Shown: positions 1 to 10,732 of the stretch, piece by piece | How the letters are laid out: every line of letters begins with the position of its first letter | How positions within the stretch are numbered: the first letter of the stretch is position 1 | NCBI RefSeq assembly: GCF_001194135.2 | Contig: NC_069003.1 | Location: 11,933,039-11,969,933, forward strand | Direction: 5' to 3' | From: Octopus bimaculoides | Taxonomy: Eukaryota | DNA length: 36,895 nucleotides | Translations under genes and position numbers: made by a program | The notes under the pieces: model-generated | Told to the model about the DNA's origin: nothing | The model's database searches: none | The model's input: the letters and a program-made list of their open reading frames with translations, nothing else

Positions 1-544
1 GAGGGAGGTCTCGACGGAGACGTTAAAAAACGATGTAATCATGTTGCTGCCCACTTACATGGGAAAAAGAACAGCACGGGTGACCATTGAGGACATTCCT
101 TTCAGATACGACGTAATGTGGGCGGCAGCAGCCGTTATATTTGATGTCGAGGAGAAAATTAATATCCTAAGCATGAAGAAGAAGGAAGCGACCAGATGGA
201 GAGGTCAGACGTTGGAAATTCTGGTCCAAGCTGAGAATAGCACATTCGAGAATTTGCCTGATAGGGTGTTTGTGGGGGAGGGGCATACCATCCGCGTGTC
301 GGTGGAGGGACGTCGACCCAGATGTTTCAAGTGTGGGCAGAAGGGTCACGTCCGCTCGGCCTGTGTAAAAACAAAGCCAAACACCGTTAAAACGAGTGAC
401 GCCCCTCCTCCGAAAGCGGACGAGGAAGAAAAAGAAAAAGGCAAAGCAGTTACCATCGAAGTGGAGAGTGGAAACACTGTAGAAGGAAAAAAAGAGCAAG
501 AAAAGGAACAAGAGAGAGAAAAAATAGTTGCCGTGGTGGAGAGC
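1..544 (+). mobile_element. ORF1 (gag-like, CCHC zinc knuckle) of an L1/Tx1-type non-LTR retrotransposon, cut by the window edge and a gap
   Basis: Open frame with RVSVEGRRPRCFKCGQKGHVRSAC (CX2CX4HX4C) followed by a K/E-rich tail; GC- and CpG-rich compared with the flanks. Confidence 0.75.
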
Positions 545-644
545 NNNNNNNNNNNNNNNNNNNNNNNNNNNNNNNNNNNNNNNNNNNNNNNNNNNNNNNN
601 NNNNNNNNNNNNNNNNNNNNNNNNNNNNNNNNNNNNNNNNNNNN

Positions 645-2390
645 TATAAAGAAGCTGGCATGGGTTAGACATTTTGCAGGAGTTGGCCAGCTGGAGAGCT
701 GTCCAGACACCATTTGCTTGTTTTGATATTGTCTCTATAGCCGGATGCCCCTTCTAATGCCAACTACTTTACAGAATTTACTGGGTGCTTTTATGTGGCA
801 CCAGCACCAGAGTTTTTATGTGACATTGGCACAGGTGCTTTTATGCAGTACCAGCATCCATGAGTCTGAGATTTGGTTGTGACAAGGATATAGAGGACAC
901 GCCTGTATATAGGGGCAGCCACAATTTTACTTAGCTTGGTGTGTCCTTAAGCACAGCAAACTGTCAGAAATTTTGGACCCAATGTTTGGAGATCCTTTCT
1001 TACCATTTCATCCCACATCTTCCTGGGTCCTACTCCTTACACACGTTCTCTCTACAATTAGAGCTCAGCACTTCCTGATGTAGCTGTCCTCATCCATATG
1101 CATTCTATGACCTACCAGCACAGTCTTCTCTCTTGCACACTACATCTTATGCCTCCTATACCCAATTTTTCTCTCAAGTCACACTCTGACATTACCCATT
1201 CAGCAAGAGCATACTGGTTTCATTTCTTTCAAACCTCTGCATGTCCTCAATTGTCACTGCCCATGTCTGTCAGCCATGTAGCATAGCTGTTCATTCACAG
1301 GCATCATACAAACTGCCTTTCACCCTGAGGGAGAAGTCCTTTATTACCAACAAAGGTAGCAGTTCTCTGAATATTGCCTAGCCTGTTTTTATTCTAGCTA
1401 ACTGTTACACTTTCAGAGCTTCCTCCTCCACTGCTAACTTGGTCACCTAAGTAATAGAAATTGTCTCCCACTTCTAAGGATTCCCCTCAACATTTGAGGG
1501 AGTCTATTTTCAGCGCATTCCTGGTGTTTAATGTATCATGCTCATCTGTCACACACAAAGACTACTTTCTCTGTTAATCTTCCTGTGATACAGCTGCACC
1601 TCTTATGTGACTGTAGCTTCCCCTGGTTACACTGTATGGAGTTTCTACCAACATCTTTTCTACATTCTGAGTAGGGCCATCTTCCCAAAGAGATCATTAA
1701 TTTACCTTTGGTCATATTAAATTAACTCTAAGGTCCTTTGCTTTCAGACCTTGCTTCCACACCTGAAATTTCTTCTCTAGCTTTAATAATGATTCAGCTA
1801 TAAGAACAAAGTCATCTGCATACAGGAGCTCCCAAGTCAGCCAGTCTTAAATTCTTTTGTTGTGGCCTGGCGGACTGTCATAAACAAGAAAGGGCTGAGA
1901 ACTTGTTCCTAGTGGACTCCTACCTGTACGCAAAATTCCTTGCTATACCCACTGCAAAATTTACTACCAGCATCCCTGTACATAGCTTGGACAGCTCTCA
2001 CCAACAACTATCTGTCCCTAGATTCCATATTACTCACTAGATAAGGGAGTGGGAGACCCTGTCAAAGGCTTTCTCAATGTCAACAAAAGCCAAATACAGA
2101 GGTATATTTTTGGCTGAATACATCTCCTGCAGGTGCCTCACCAGGAAGATAGCATTGGTAGTGCTTCTTCATGGCACAAAACCAAACTGCATCTCACCTA
2201 GGCTAAATCTCTTCCCAAGTCTAAGGTGTCACTTTTACCTTTCTAGCAGTTGACTATAATACTGTTACACCAGTTGTTTGGTCTCATTCTTAACTATACA
2301 GGTTGCTGATATTTTAAGCACCTCAGTGATGATTCCTATGGACCAGGGGCATTCTCTGTCTTAATATCCTTAATTGCTTTATTCACTAAA
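645..2390 (-). mobile_element. Decayed, 5'-truncated RTE-clade LINE (RT domain plus 3' UTR)
   Basis: Minus-strand RT motifs KAIKDIKTENAPGP (~2340-2380), AFVDIEKAFDRV (2055-2090), QVGVH and (W)ELLYADD (YADD at 1811-1822), with stops and frameshifts; ends in the same 3'-tail repeat seen elsewhere in the window. Confidence 0.85.
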
Positions 2391-2621
2391 ATGTATGTGT
2401 GTGGGGGGTATATGTTATATATATCCAAACACATAGTGTATCTATGAGGGGCTAATAAAATAGCATTCTGTGAAATATGAAATAGGAACACAAAAAAGTT
2501 TTGGCTACACATTTTAAAGTACATTTAGTTAATCCAAGAGTTCTTAACCTGACAAATACCAATCTCAAGGAAAATATATTAATGAAATAATTTTTTGCTG
2601 CTCCTGTATTTATTAATGAGT

Positions 2622-2836
2622 ACGTGGTTGATTCCAGTGACCCCGACTGGCTCCTGTGCCGGTGGCATGTAAAAAGCACCTGCTACACTCTTGGAGTGGT
2701 TGGTGTTAGGAAGGGCATCCAGCTGTTCTACAGTCAAATCAGATTGGAGCCTGGTGTAGCCTACTGGCTTGCCAGTCCTCAGTCAAACCATCCAACCCAT
2801 GCTAGCATGGAAAGTGGACGTTGAATGATGATGATA
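2622..2836 (+). mobile_element. RTE LINE 3' tail
   Basis: gtgccggtggcatgtaaaaagcacc...ggagtggttggtgttaggaagggcatccagc...catgctagcatggaaagtggacgttgaa(tga)n. Confidence 0.75.
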
Positions 2837-3017
2837 TTGAAGACAATGGCGTTAGCATCCATTATAATTTTTCTTTCTTCACCATGGTGTTGAATAACAT
2901 TAAAAAAAAGTGTAAACCACCTTAATTCTATTACCCATAGCAATTTTCCTGTCTCCACAGGACCTGCTTATAAACTCATGCTGTATGTTAGCCCAAATCT
3001 GAATCAACTGAAGGCAG

Positions 3018-3974
3018 TTAACCGTTTTGTTACCATATGTCTACTGAAATTTGAAAATGAAGAAGAATTTAGTAAAATAATTTTGCTGATGTTTGGAACA
3101 AATTAACATGAAATTTTGATGGAAGATTTTAATTTAGATCGCTTTAAACCAAAAAAATTATATTGTAGAATAAGGGCGTCTTTTTTAATATCATATTTCC
3201 ATTGAAATACATTGTTTTTGTTTAAATTATTTTTTTTTAATTATGAAGAGTTTAGCAAAATAATTTTGTCAACATTTATCTTGCGTTTGGAACATAAATT
3301 AGTATGGAATTTTTGTTAGATTTTAATAGATCTGTTTAACCTTTTTGTTACCATATTTCTTTTGAAATACGTTACCTTTGTTTCAATTAATTTTAACCCT
3401 TTTGAGACACATGGTATGTTAGAATGTGTAGCCAAAAAGACCAAGATTTGTTTCTATTGAGATTCATCTACTAAAAGATGATCTCTGATTAGCTATTACA
3501 CTTTAAAACCAACCATTCACAACATTTGTTCCATCGGACCGATGGATCGGCCTCAAAGTCCTTTCAGTTTGTATCACTTGGGCTGATCATTCAGTTTGGG
3601 TATTCCAAGAAGGTTAAAAATAAGGAAGAATTTAGTAAAAATAACTCGGCCATTAAGTTGGTGTTTGAAACATAACATGAAATTTTGGTGGAAGGTTTTG
3701 ATAATAGAACCAGGGCAGTCTCAGGTAAGTTATAGAACACACAAACCGATGGAGTCATACAATATTTTAACTTTTTTGTTAACATATTTCTGTTGAAATA
3801 CATTACCAATTAATTTTGAAATTAATGAAAAATCAGTTAAAATAACTGATGGTTTGGAACATAAATTAATATGAAACTTTGGTGGACAGTTTTAATTTAG
3901 ATCATTTTAAAACAGCAAGTGTGTATAATGGAATTAAAGGCAGTCTCAAGCAGGTTGGAATGAAAAAAGTTAAT
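3018..3974. mobile_element. Cluster of fragments of a second TTAA-type MITE family (another fragment ~8525-8700)
   Basis: Repeated blocks ttaacc(t/g)tttgttaccatattt, gaagaatttagtaaaataa and ttggaacataaatt..atgaaatttt; the cluster ends ...gcaggttggaatgaaaaaagTTAA. Confidence 0.55.
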
Positions 3975-3988
3975 TGTATGCAACCTAC

Positions 3989-4112
3989 CTGGTATTGTGA
4001 ATATAAACTTGTATTTATCTCTGAATTCAAAACATGTTGTGACATCAAACAATAAAATATCTGGTTCTGTCTCTCTGAAGTTATATATATTCTTTTCCTC
4101 AACTTCATGCGA
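3989..4112 (-). CDS. Coding exon 10 (SHEVEEKNIYNFRETEPDILLFDVTTCFEFRDKYKFIFTIP)
   Basis: T-rich tract then ttttaaacag|TCG; 124 nt phase 0-1; donor CCAG|gtaggt. Confidence 0.88.
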
Positions 4113-4174
4113 CTGTTTAAAAAAAACCCAAAAAACAAAAAGAATGAAATGGCAGTTTACAAGAAAATACTCAT

Positions 4175-4600
4175 ACGAAATCGAAATCGAACTAAATTTG
4201 TAGGAACACTAAACTTGGCTTGCGAAGACCTGTTGGGGCAAGTGAAAGCGAAATCGTGATGGCACCTGTACCAGTGGAGCACTAAGAGCACCGTCCGAGC
4301 GCGATCGTTGCCAGAGCAGCTGTATGGCTTTTGTGCCGGTGGCATGTAAATAGCACCAGCATGATCGTTACCAACGTTGCCTTCTTGGCACTTGTGCCAG
4401 TGGCATGTGAAAAGACATTCGAACAAGATTGTTGCCAGTGCCGATGGATTGGCTCCTGTGCAGGTGGCACGTAAAATACACCATTTTGAGCGTGGCCGTT
4501 GCCAGTACCGTGTGACTGGCCTTCGTGCCAGTGGCACGTAAAAGCACCCACTACGCTCTCGGAGTGGTTGGCGTTAGGAAGGGCATCCAGCCGTGGAAAC
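4175..4600 (+). mobile_element. RTE LINE 3' UTR fragment with ~64-bp tandem subrepeats, inside intron 9
   Basis: Five units starting near 4268, 4333, 4394, 4458, 4525, then the conserved ggagtggttggcgttaggaagggcatccagc block. Confidence 0.75.
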
Positions 4601-4643
4601 AATTAATTAAAGAGTTAAGCTAAATTAACTGCAAAGTACTTAC

Positions 4644-4709
4644 AGTAAGGTCAGTCTGTATCATCAACTTTGGTACTCCATGGGCAGTTTTTCCATAATA
4701 CCACTGGCG
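4644..4709 (-). CDS. Coding exon 9 (RQWYYGKTAHGVPKLMIQTDLT)
   Basis: Acceptor accatctcag|CGC; 66 nt phase 0-0; donor ACT|gtaagt; supplies the G-V-P motif parallel to V-P-V of domain 1. Confidence 0.8.
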
Positions 4710-4807
4710 CTGAGATGGTTATATGCAAAAAAAAAAAAAACCCCAAAAATATAACATTAGACAATTTAGAATTAATATTAACTTTCTTTTAGTTCAAACA
4801 TTTCATA

Positions 4808-5156
4808 TTTTATTTCAATTGTTGGACTGGAGCCATGCTGGAGCACTGCCTCGAAGGGTTTTAGTCGAATGAATTGACCCCAGTACTTTTTGTTTTGAAA
4901 GCCTGGTATTTATTGTACTAATCTCTTTTGCTGAACTGCTAGGTTATGGGGGATGTCAAGTATTTGTGGGATTCACACACACACACACACATATATGATG
5001 GGCTTCTTTCAGTTCCTGTCTGCTAAATCCACTCAAGGCTTTGGTTGACCTGGGGTTATAGTAGAAGACATTTACCCAAGATGCCATGCAGTGGAACTGA
5101 ACCCAAAACTATGTTGGGAAGCAAACTTCTTACTACACAGCCATATATGTACCTAT
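4808..5156 (-). mobile_element. tRNA-derived SINE family A (full length)
   Basis: Reverse complement of the family consensus (A-box TGGCTGTGTGG, B-box GGTTCAGTCCC, core gcaccttgggcaagtgtcttctactatagcc, tail ...ccagcatggc..cagtc..atgactgaaac). Confidence 0.8.
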
Positions 5157-5253
5157 GGGTATATTGCTTCCCTAGTGGGGAATTGAACACTGGCCTACGG
5201 CATGACAGATGGAGACACAACTATACTACCAAGAACAGTTCTCTCTCATATAT

Positions 5254-5400
5254 ATAGGTGTGGGCATGGCTGTATGGTTCCGGGTTCACTTCCACTACAT
5301 GGCACCTTGGACAAGTGTCTTCTACTATAGCCTTGAGCTGACCAGAGACTTGTGAGAGGATTTGCTAGACAGAAACTGAAAGAAGCCTGTTGTATATATA
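5254..5400 (+). mobile_element. SINE A, 5' half
   Basis: ggcatggctgtatggttccgggttcacttcc...gcaccttggacaagtgtcttctactatagcc. Confidence 0.75.
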
Positions 5401-6533
5401 TATCTTGTATATATAAATCAGAGTATGTATGTGTATAATGACTAATGCATACATTTCCACAATTCTCAATCAATTTTCACCAAACTTTATACACACATTA
5501 CTTATGTCCCAAGGATAGTCATGCACTAAACATTTTGCCCAGAGCTTCCGTGTAAATGGACCTTAATAGACATAGATTTTTTGTATGTAGGGTATTCCAT
5601 ACTTAAAAAATTTTTTTTTATAAAAGTGAAAGGATTTTGTCTATTTATTTTGTCTGTCCATCTACAACGGTGATTAAATTAACTAGGAACACTGTACGCG
5701 ATGAATATTCAATACCAAACAATCTTAATTTTTGTAGTTAAACTGCATTAATCTTTGGAAAGCTTACCTTTACCTATTCTGAGTTACTTCAAAGGTGATG
5801 TACCCTTCCCTTTCTTCTATTTGTTGATACCTTTGTTTACCTACCAATGCATTGTTTCATTTTAAGGATGCTTATTTACTCTTGCATTATGATATTTCGA
5901 CTGTTGTCTGTTGTTTCAAATATGTCTTAGCATTGTTGTTCTAACCTTTTTTAAACAATCACATATGATTCGTCCCAAAGAATCAATCTTTAAATAAGAG
6001 TTTTGCTTCCATTAGCGAAAGCTATACATATCTTTCAGAAAGCTCCATACCAATTTAAATTTATGTGGCATTCGCTGTTAGTTTATGCACAGGCTATGAG
6101 GGAAGACGAAATAAAGGAGCTTTTGTTAGCTTATCTCTCCGAAAAAATAGCTCCCTTTGCTGTTGATTAAAATAAACTCACAGAGGGGAAGTTCCAGCAT
6201 CTTCCTTCAATTTCCTTACGCCATTTATGTGGCAGTTTCTGACAAGAAATTTTGCTTTCATGTAAAACAGCTATATTTTGTAGTCATTATTCATAATCTA
6301 TTCCCAAAACACTCCAGCAGCTCTACTTTGCATCGTTTGCAAACTTATATGTTCTATGATCATTAAAGTGCAACGACCTCCACAATAACCAGCCATCAAT
6401 TTGGTTTTCTGTTCCTAAGTTAATCGGAGACATAGATTGCTGTGCTACTCATTAACCTTCTCGGTAGTTCAATTATATGGTGAAGAAAATAACACCAAAG
6501 CAACTTAAACCATCCAAAGGATGGGTGTGTTTG

Positions 6534-6536
<3 letters not shown>

Positions 6537-6575
<39 letters not shown>
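6537..6575. repeat. (TA)n microsatellite; similar (TA)n/(ATAC)n/(CA)n/(GA)n tracts at ~15285-15366, 21883-21937, 26020-26165, 29665-29688, 32900-33045 and at most gap edges
   Basis: Direct reading. Confidence 0.95.
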
Positions 6576-6578
<3 letters not shown>

Positions 6579-6668
6579 TCACCATCATCATCATCATCGT
6601 TTAACGTCCGCTTTCCATGCTAGCATGGGTTGGACGATTTGACTGAGGGCTGGTGAAACCAGATGGCT
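6576..6668 (-). mobile_element. Short RTE 3' end with (GAT)n tail
   Basis: (cat)n-cgtttaacgtccgctttccatgctagcatgggttggacgatttgactgag, almost identical to 7231-7330. Confidence 0.75.
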
Positions 6669-7230
6669 ATATATATATATATGTATTTATATAAAAGTGA
6701 AATTCTGTCTGTCTGTCTGGGTCCCCAGTATCTCAGCCTACATTTGCTCTACATTGACATATTATACCTTTCTGGAATCAGGATGATCCCAGGATGAAAA
6801 TCTGCCCTTCATTTGGTTCTTGAACATTCAGCATTGAGATCAGATTTAAAGGTATTTGTGTTGCTATGTCTAGCAGGTAAAGTTTGGCTGATTGACACCA
6901 TCTTGGTGGCATTTGTCAGATGATGTTGGAGTTCAAGGGAGAGATAAATGACATTCACTTTGTTACTATTATGTCAACATAAGAACTTTGGGACAAGTTG
7001 GCCAACAGTTTGAATTCAACTTGGGACTGGAACAATAGAATGATTGCTTTACAGAATTAATTCTCATCTGTCATTAACCTCTAATCAGACACCACCAGGG
7101 TACATAGTCATTATAGACATATTATAGCCGTGTTATTTACCTCTCTTTAGTTTTGGGTTGCAGGCCCAATTAGCTCTCCACAAAAGCTATCTTAAATGTC
7201 TGCACAGAGTGTGGCTTGTAAGCTAATATA

Positions 7231-7560
7231 TCATCATCATCATCATCATCATCATCATCGTTTAACGTCCGCTTTCCATGCTAGCATGGGTTGGACGATT
7301 TGACTGAGGACTGGTGAAACCGGATGGCAACACCAGGCTCCAGTCTAATTTGGCAGAGTTTCTACAGCTGGATGCCCTTCCTAACGCCAACCACTCAGAG
7401 AGTGTAGTGGGTGCTTTTACGTGTCACCCGCACGAAAACGGCCATGCTCGAAATGGTGTCTTTTATGTGCCACCCGCACAAGCCAGTCCAGGGGCACTGG
7501 CAACGATCTCGCTCGAAAATCCTACGGGAGCCAGTCAGGCGGTACTGGCAACGGCCACGC
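7231..7560 (-). mobile_element. RTE 3' tail with subrepeats
   Basis: Reverse complement of the 4175-4600 and 2622-2836 family; (cat)n tail. Confidence 0.8.
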
Positions 7561-7607
7561 TCTATATATATATATTTATTTATTTATATATTTATTTATT
7601 TATTGTG

Positions 7608-7795
7608 TGTGTCTTTGTGTCTGTGTTTCTCATTTGCCCCACCACCACTAGACAACCAATGCTGGTGTGTTTATGTTCCTGTAACTTAGCCGTTTGGCAA
7701 AAGAGACTGACAGAAAAAGTACTGGGTTCGATTGATTAAACAAAAAATTCTCCAAGGTGGCGCCCTAGCATGGCTGCAGTCTGAAACAAAAGATA
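7608..7795 (+). mobile_element. SINE A, 3' half
   Basis: gacaaccaatgctggtgtgtttatg..tgtaacttagc...ctagcatggctgcagtctgaaac. Confidence 0.75.
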
Positions 7796-7897
7796 TGTGT
7801 GTGCCCCATGCTCACACACCCATGCACACACACACACACACACACACACATGCATGCAAACTAAGATACAGAAGATGGAGTAGTTGTTAGAACTCAC

Positions 7898-8002
7898 TGT
7901 TATAAAATACCATTCAATAATTGATCCTGTCATCAGTGGAAACGTTGGGTAGGTATCGATGTGAGCAACCCAAACATCACAGTCATAACCACGGATACTT
8001 TG
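7898..8002 (-). CDS. Coding exon 8 (QSIRGYDCDVWVAHIDTYPTFPLMTGSIIEWYFIT)
   Basis: Acceptor tttgtctgctttcag|CAA; 105 nt phase 0-0; donor ACA|gtgagt. Confidence 0.9.
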
Positions 8003-8149
8003 CTGAAAGCAGACAAAGAACAACAAAAATATGATTTAATATTCTTACAAAAATTATGGATTTTAACAGAAATAAATAAAAATGTAAAAATCATAATGGT
8101 TCTTTTTTTTATAATTTTTAGATGAGACTGGTCTTTTATAGATTTATTA

Positions 8150-8530
8150 CTTTTCTTATTGGTTTCAGTCATTAGACTGTGGCCATGCTGGGGTACAATC
8201 TTGAAGAATTTTGGTTTTATAAATCAATCCAGTACTTATTTTTTTTTAAAGCCTGGTACTTTATCAGTCACTTTTGCCAAACTGCTAAGCTACAGGAGAT
8301 GTAAACACACCAACACCTGTTGCAAAATGGTGGACAAATACAGACAGAAACACACATACACATATACGACAAGCTTCTTTCAGTTTCCGTCTACCAAATC
8401 CACTCACAAGATTTTGTTTGACTAGAGGCTATAAAAGAAGACATTTGCCCAAGGTGCCACACAGTGGGGCTGAACCAAAAACCATGTGTTGGGAAGCAAA
8501 TTTCTTACCACATAGCCATATCTGTACCAG
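8150..8530 (-). mobile_element. SINE A (full length)
   Basis: Both halves present in reverse orientation. Confidence 0.8.
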
Positions 8531-9277
8531 TTTATTTAACTATTTTTTTCGTCATATTTCTGCTAAAATACACTGCTTTGTTTCATTTAATTCTGAAAAT
8601 AATGAAGAATTTAGCAAAACAATTTTGACATTATTATTAAGGTGGTGCTTGAAGCGTAAGTTGGCACAAAATTTTGATGTAAGGTTTTAATTTCGTCATT
8701 GTCATCAGGTCGAGCTTTCTTGGATATTTATGACTTGCTCATACCATCCATCTCAGTCCTGCAATAGTCCTGCAACGTCTTTAGGGAGGCATCCAGTGTC
8801 TCTGGTGTGTTGATCTACATATGTTTTTTTCAGACAATATGCTCAAATATGTCCATGCTTTGACATCCGTAGCATTAGGTCACTATTTCCATTTCTTGTT
8901 TAACACACTATTAGCCATTTCTTGTTTAACATACCAGCAGTGTTCTACAAAGTGCAAGTTCTTGGCTTTGGGTAAAAGAAAATACAGGTGGACCAGTCAA
9001 TTATGATTTTATTCAACATATTCCCCTCTCATTTAGATTTTACTTGTAATTCAGTTTGGTCACATATTATGTACTGCTGATTCAGCTTGGTAAATTATAT
9101 TAAGGGTACATGTGTCTTTGGAATACTCAGCTATGTATAATTTAATGTGGGGCATTCAAGGCAGTGCCTCAGCACTGTAAAAGATTCACAAGTAAAATAT
9201 TCAGTAGGTAGAACAACTCAATGCTTGTTATTGAAACCATTGGAGGATCTATCATTTATTTTATTTACAAAGCTTTA

Positions 9278-9502
9278 TGAGGGGGTGCTGAATAGTTCTT
9301 GGCTTTAAGGGTATCACAAAAGGCCCAGTTGGAGGCCCAACCTTCTGAGTTCTTTTACAGGGTTTAGAAAAATTGAAGGACTGTCACAGTAAGTGTGTGA
9401 ATCTGAGAGGGGAATATATTGAATAAAATCAATTTTAATTGATTTTCATAATTAATTGTATTTTCTTTTACCCAAAGCCAGGAACGTTTCAGCACCCCTT
9501 CA
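9278..9502. mobile_element. Mariner-derived MITE (related copies at ~8940-9050, 10191-10410, 18511-18730)
   Basis: TA|tgagggggtgctgaatagttcttggcttt ... aaagccaggaacgtttcagcaccccttca|TA; terminal inverted repeats and TA flanks. Confidence 0.7.
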
Positions 9503-9521
9503 TATGTAGAATATTAGAAGG

Positions 9522-9835
9522 GAGTACACGTGGCTTTGTGGTTAGGGTATTCAGTTGACAATTGTAAGGTCTTGAGATCGATTCTCAGCAATATGCTATG
9601 TCCTCGAGCAATATGCTGTATTCCTCATTGCTCCACCCAATTCATCTGGCAAAAATGAGTTGTACCTGTAATACAAAGGGTTATCCTTGCTGCATTCTAT
9701 TTCATGCAGAATCTCCCGGAGAACTATGTAAAAGGCATGTGTGACTGTGGAGTGCTCAGCCACTTGCACAATAGTTTTGCAAGCAGTTTCTTCAGTTGAT
9801 TGTATCAACTGGAAGACTCAGTTAATCGTATTGAT
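9522..9835 (+). mobile_element. Third SINE-like family (tRNA-like head)
   Basis: gtggctttgtggttagggtattc...gagatcgattctc (A/B-box-like), followed by a distinct body. Confidence 0.45.
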
Positions 9836-10190
9836 GGAGAGCCAGGCTGGCTCAGAATATAAGAGCTAGTGCGGCACATAATGAACTGGCAGGTCCCCTA
9901 GCTTCAAAGAATTTAGCTTTGATACCTCGAATTTAACTAGTATCTCCTTTGGCTTATCTGCCTCTTTTATACCAACCCATCTCTTAATCTAGAGTACAAA
10001 ACCACTTGAAGATAGAGTGAGTTGATGAAGAGCAGAGACAGGAAATCAATAGAGTAGATGATGAAGGTATAGGTGATGGGGAGTACTCTTTTCTTTGTCA
10101 CCCACAAACTACTATCTTAAAAAAGGAAATAGTAAAACCAGAGAGAAAGAGGAAGGAAGAACATTTGTTAATGTAGTCCTAGGTATGCTA

Positions 10191-10410
10191 CGAAGGGCTG
10201 CTGAAAAGTTCTTGGCTTTGGGTAAAAAAAACAAAAATACAGGAGGATTAGTTAATTATGATTTTATTCAACATATTCCCTTCTCAGATTCACGCATTTA
10301 CTGCAGTGGTCCTTCATTTTTACTCAGCCCTGTTAAAGAACTTGGAATGTTGAGCCTCCAACCAGGCCTTTCACGATACCCTTAAAGCCAAGAACTTTTC
10401 GGCACCACTT
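10191..10410. mobile_element. Mariner-derived MITE
   Basis: TA|cgaagggctgctgaaaagttcttggcttt ... aaagccaagaacttttcggcacc. Confidence 0.7.
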
Positions 10411-10528
10411 TAATTTGGAATGTCTTTGATGATATGTGTACATGATCAGGCTTCACCTAAGATTAAACAATAACAACAAAGCACTAAAGAGTATCTAGAA
10501 TTGGATCAAATTAACAGCAGGTACTTAC

Positions 10529-10683
10529 CACACCTTCATATGTAAAGATACCCTTATCAACCTTGAAAATCTCTTTTGCAGTGGCCATGTGCTGATTGTG
10601 ATCACCTCTGATATCATCATCATTCCCAAATATGGCTTGCATCGTGCAGTTGCCTCGGATATCATCAATAATGTATGCAACAT
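10529..10683 (-). CDS. Coding exon 7 (DVAYIIDDIRGNCTMQAI...EIFKVDKGIFTYEGV)
   Basis: Acceptor gttatttgcag|AT; 155 nt phase 1-0; donor GTG|gtaagt. Confidence 0.9.
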
Positions 10684-10732
10684 CTGCAAATAACATCAGA
10701 GATAAACTGCAGTGAAAGCTGGAATACAAAAT

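Noticed and set aside
2930-3010. Next exon of the gene, or a plus-strand microexon (tccacag|...GCT|gtatgt)
   Set aside because: The phase-1 minus-strand reading hits a stop, and no other plus-strand exons support a second gene.
4075-4076. Internal acceptor (ttcag|AGAG) for exon 10
   Set aside because: It is phase-incompatible with exon 9; the upstream acceptor at 4113-4114 has a strong pyrimidine tract and restores the NIYNF motif.
4262-4560. CRISPR-like repeat-spacer array
   Set aside because: The 'spacers' are homologous to each other (shared GATCGTTGCCAG), the units are degenerate, there are no cas genes, and the block belongs to a dispersed eukaryotic LINE tail.
5960-6000. Helitron helicase motif (LILWDE)
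   Set aside because: A single short motif amid stops, with no other helicase motifs found.
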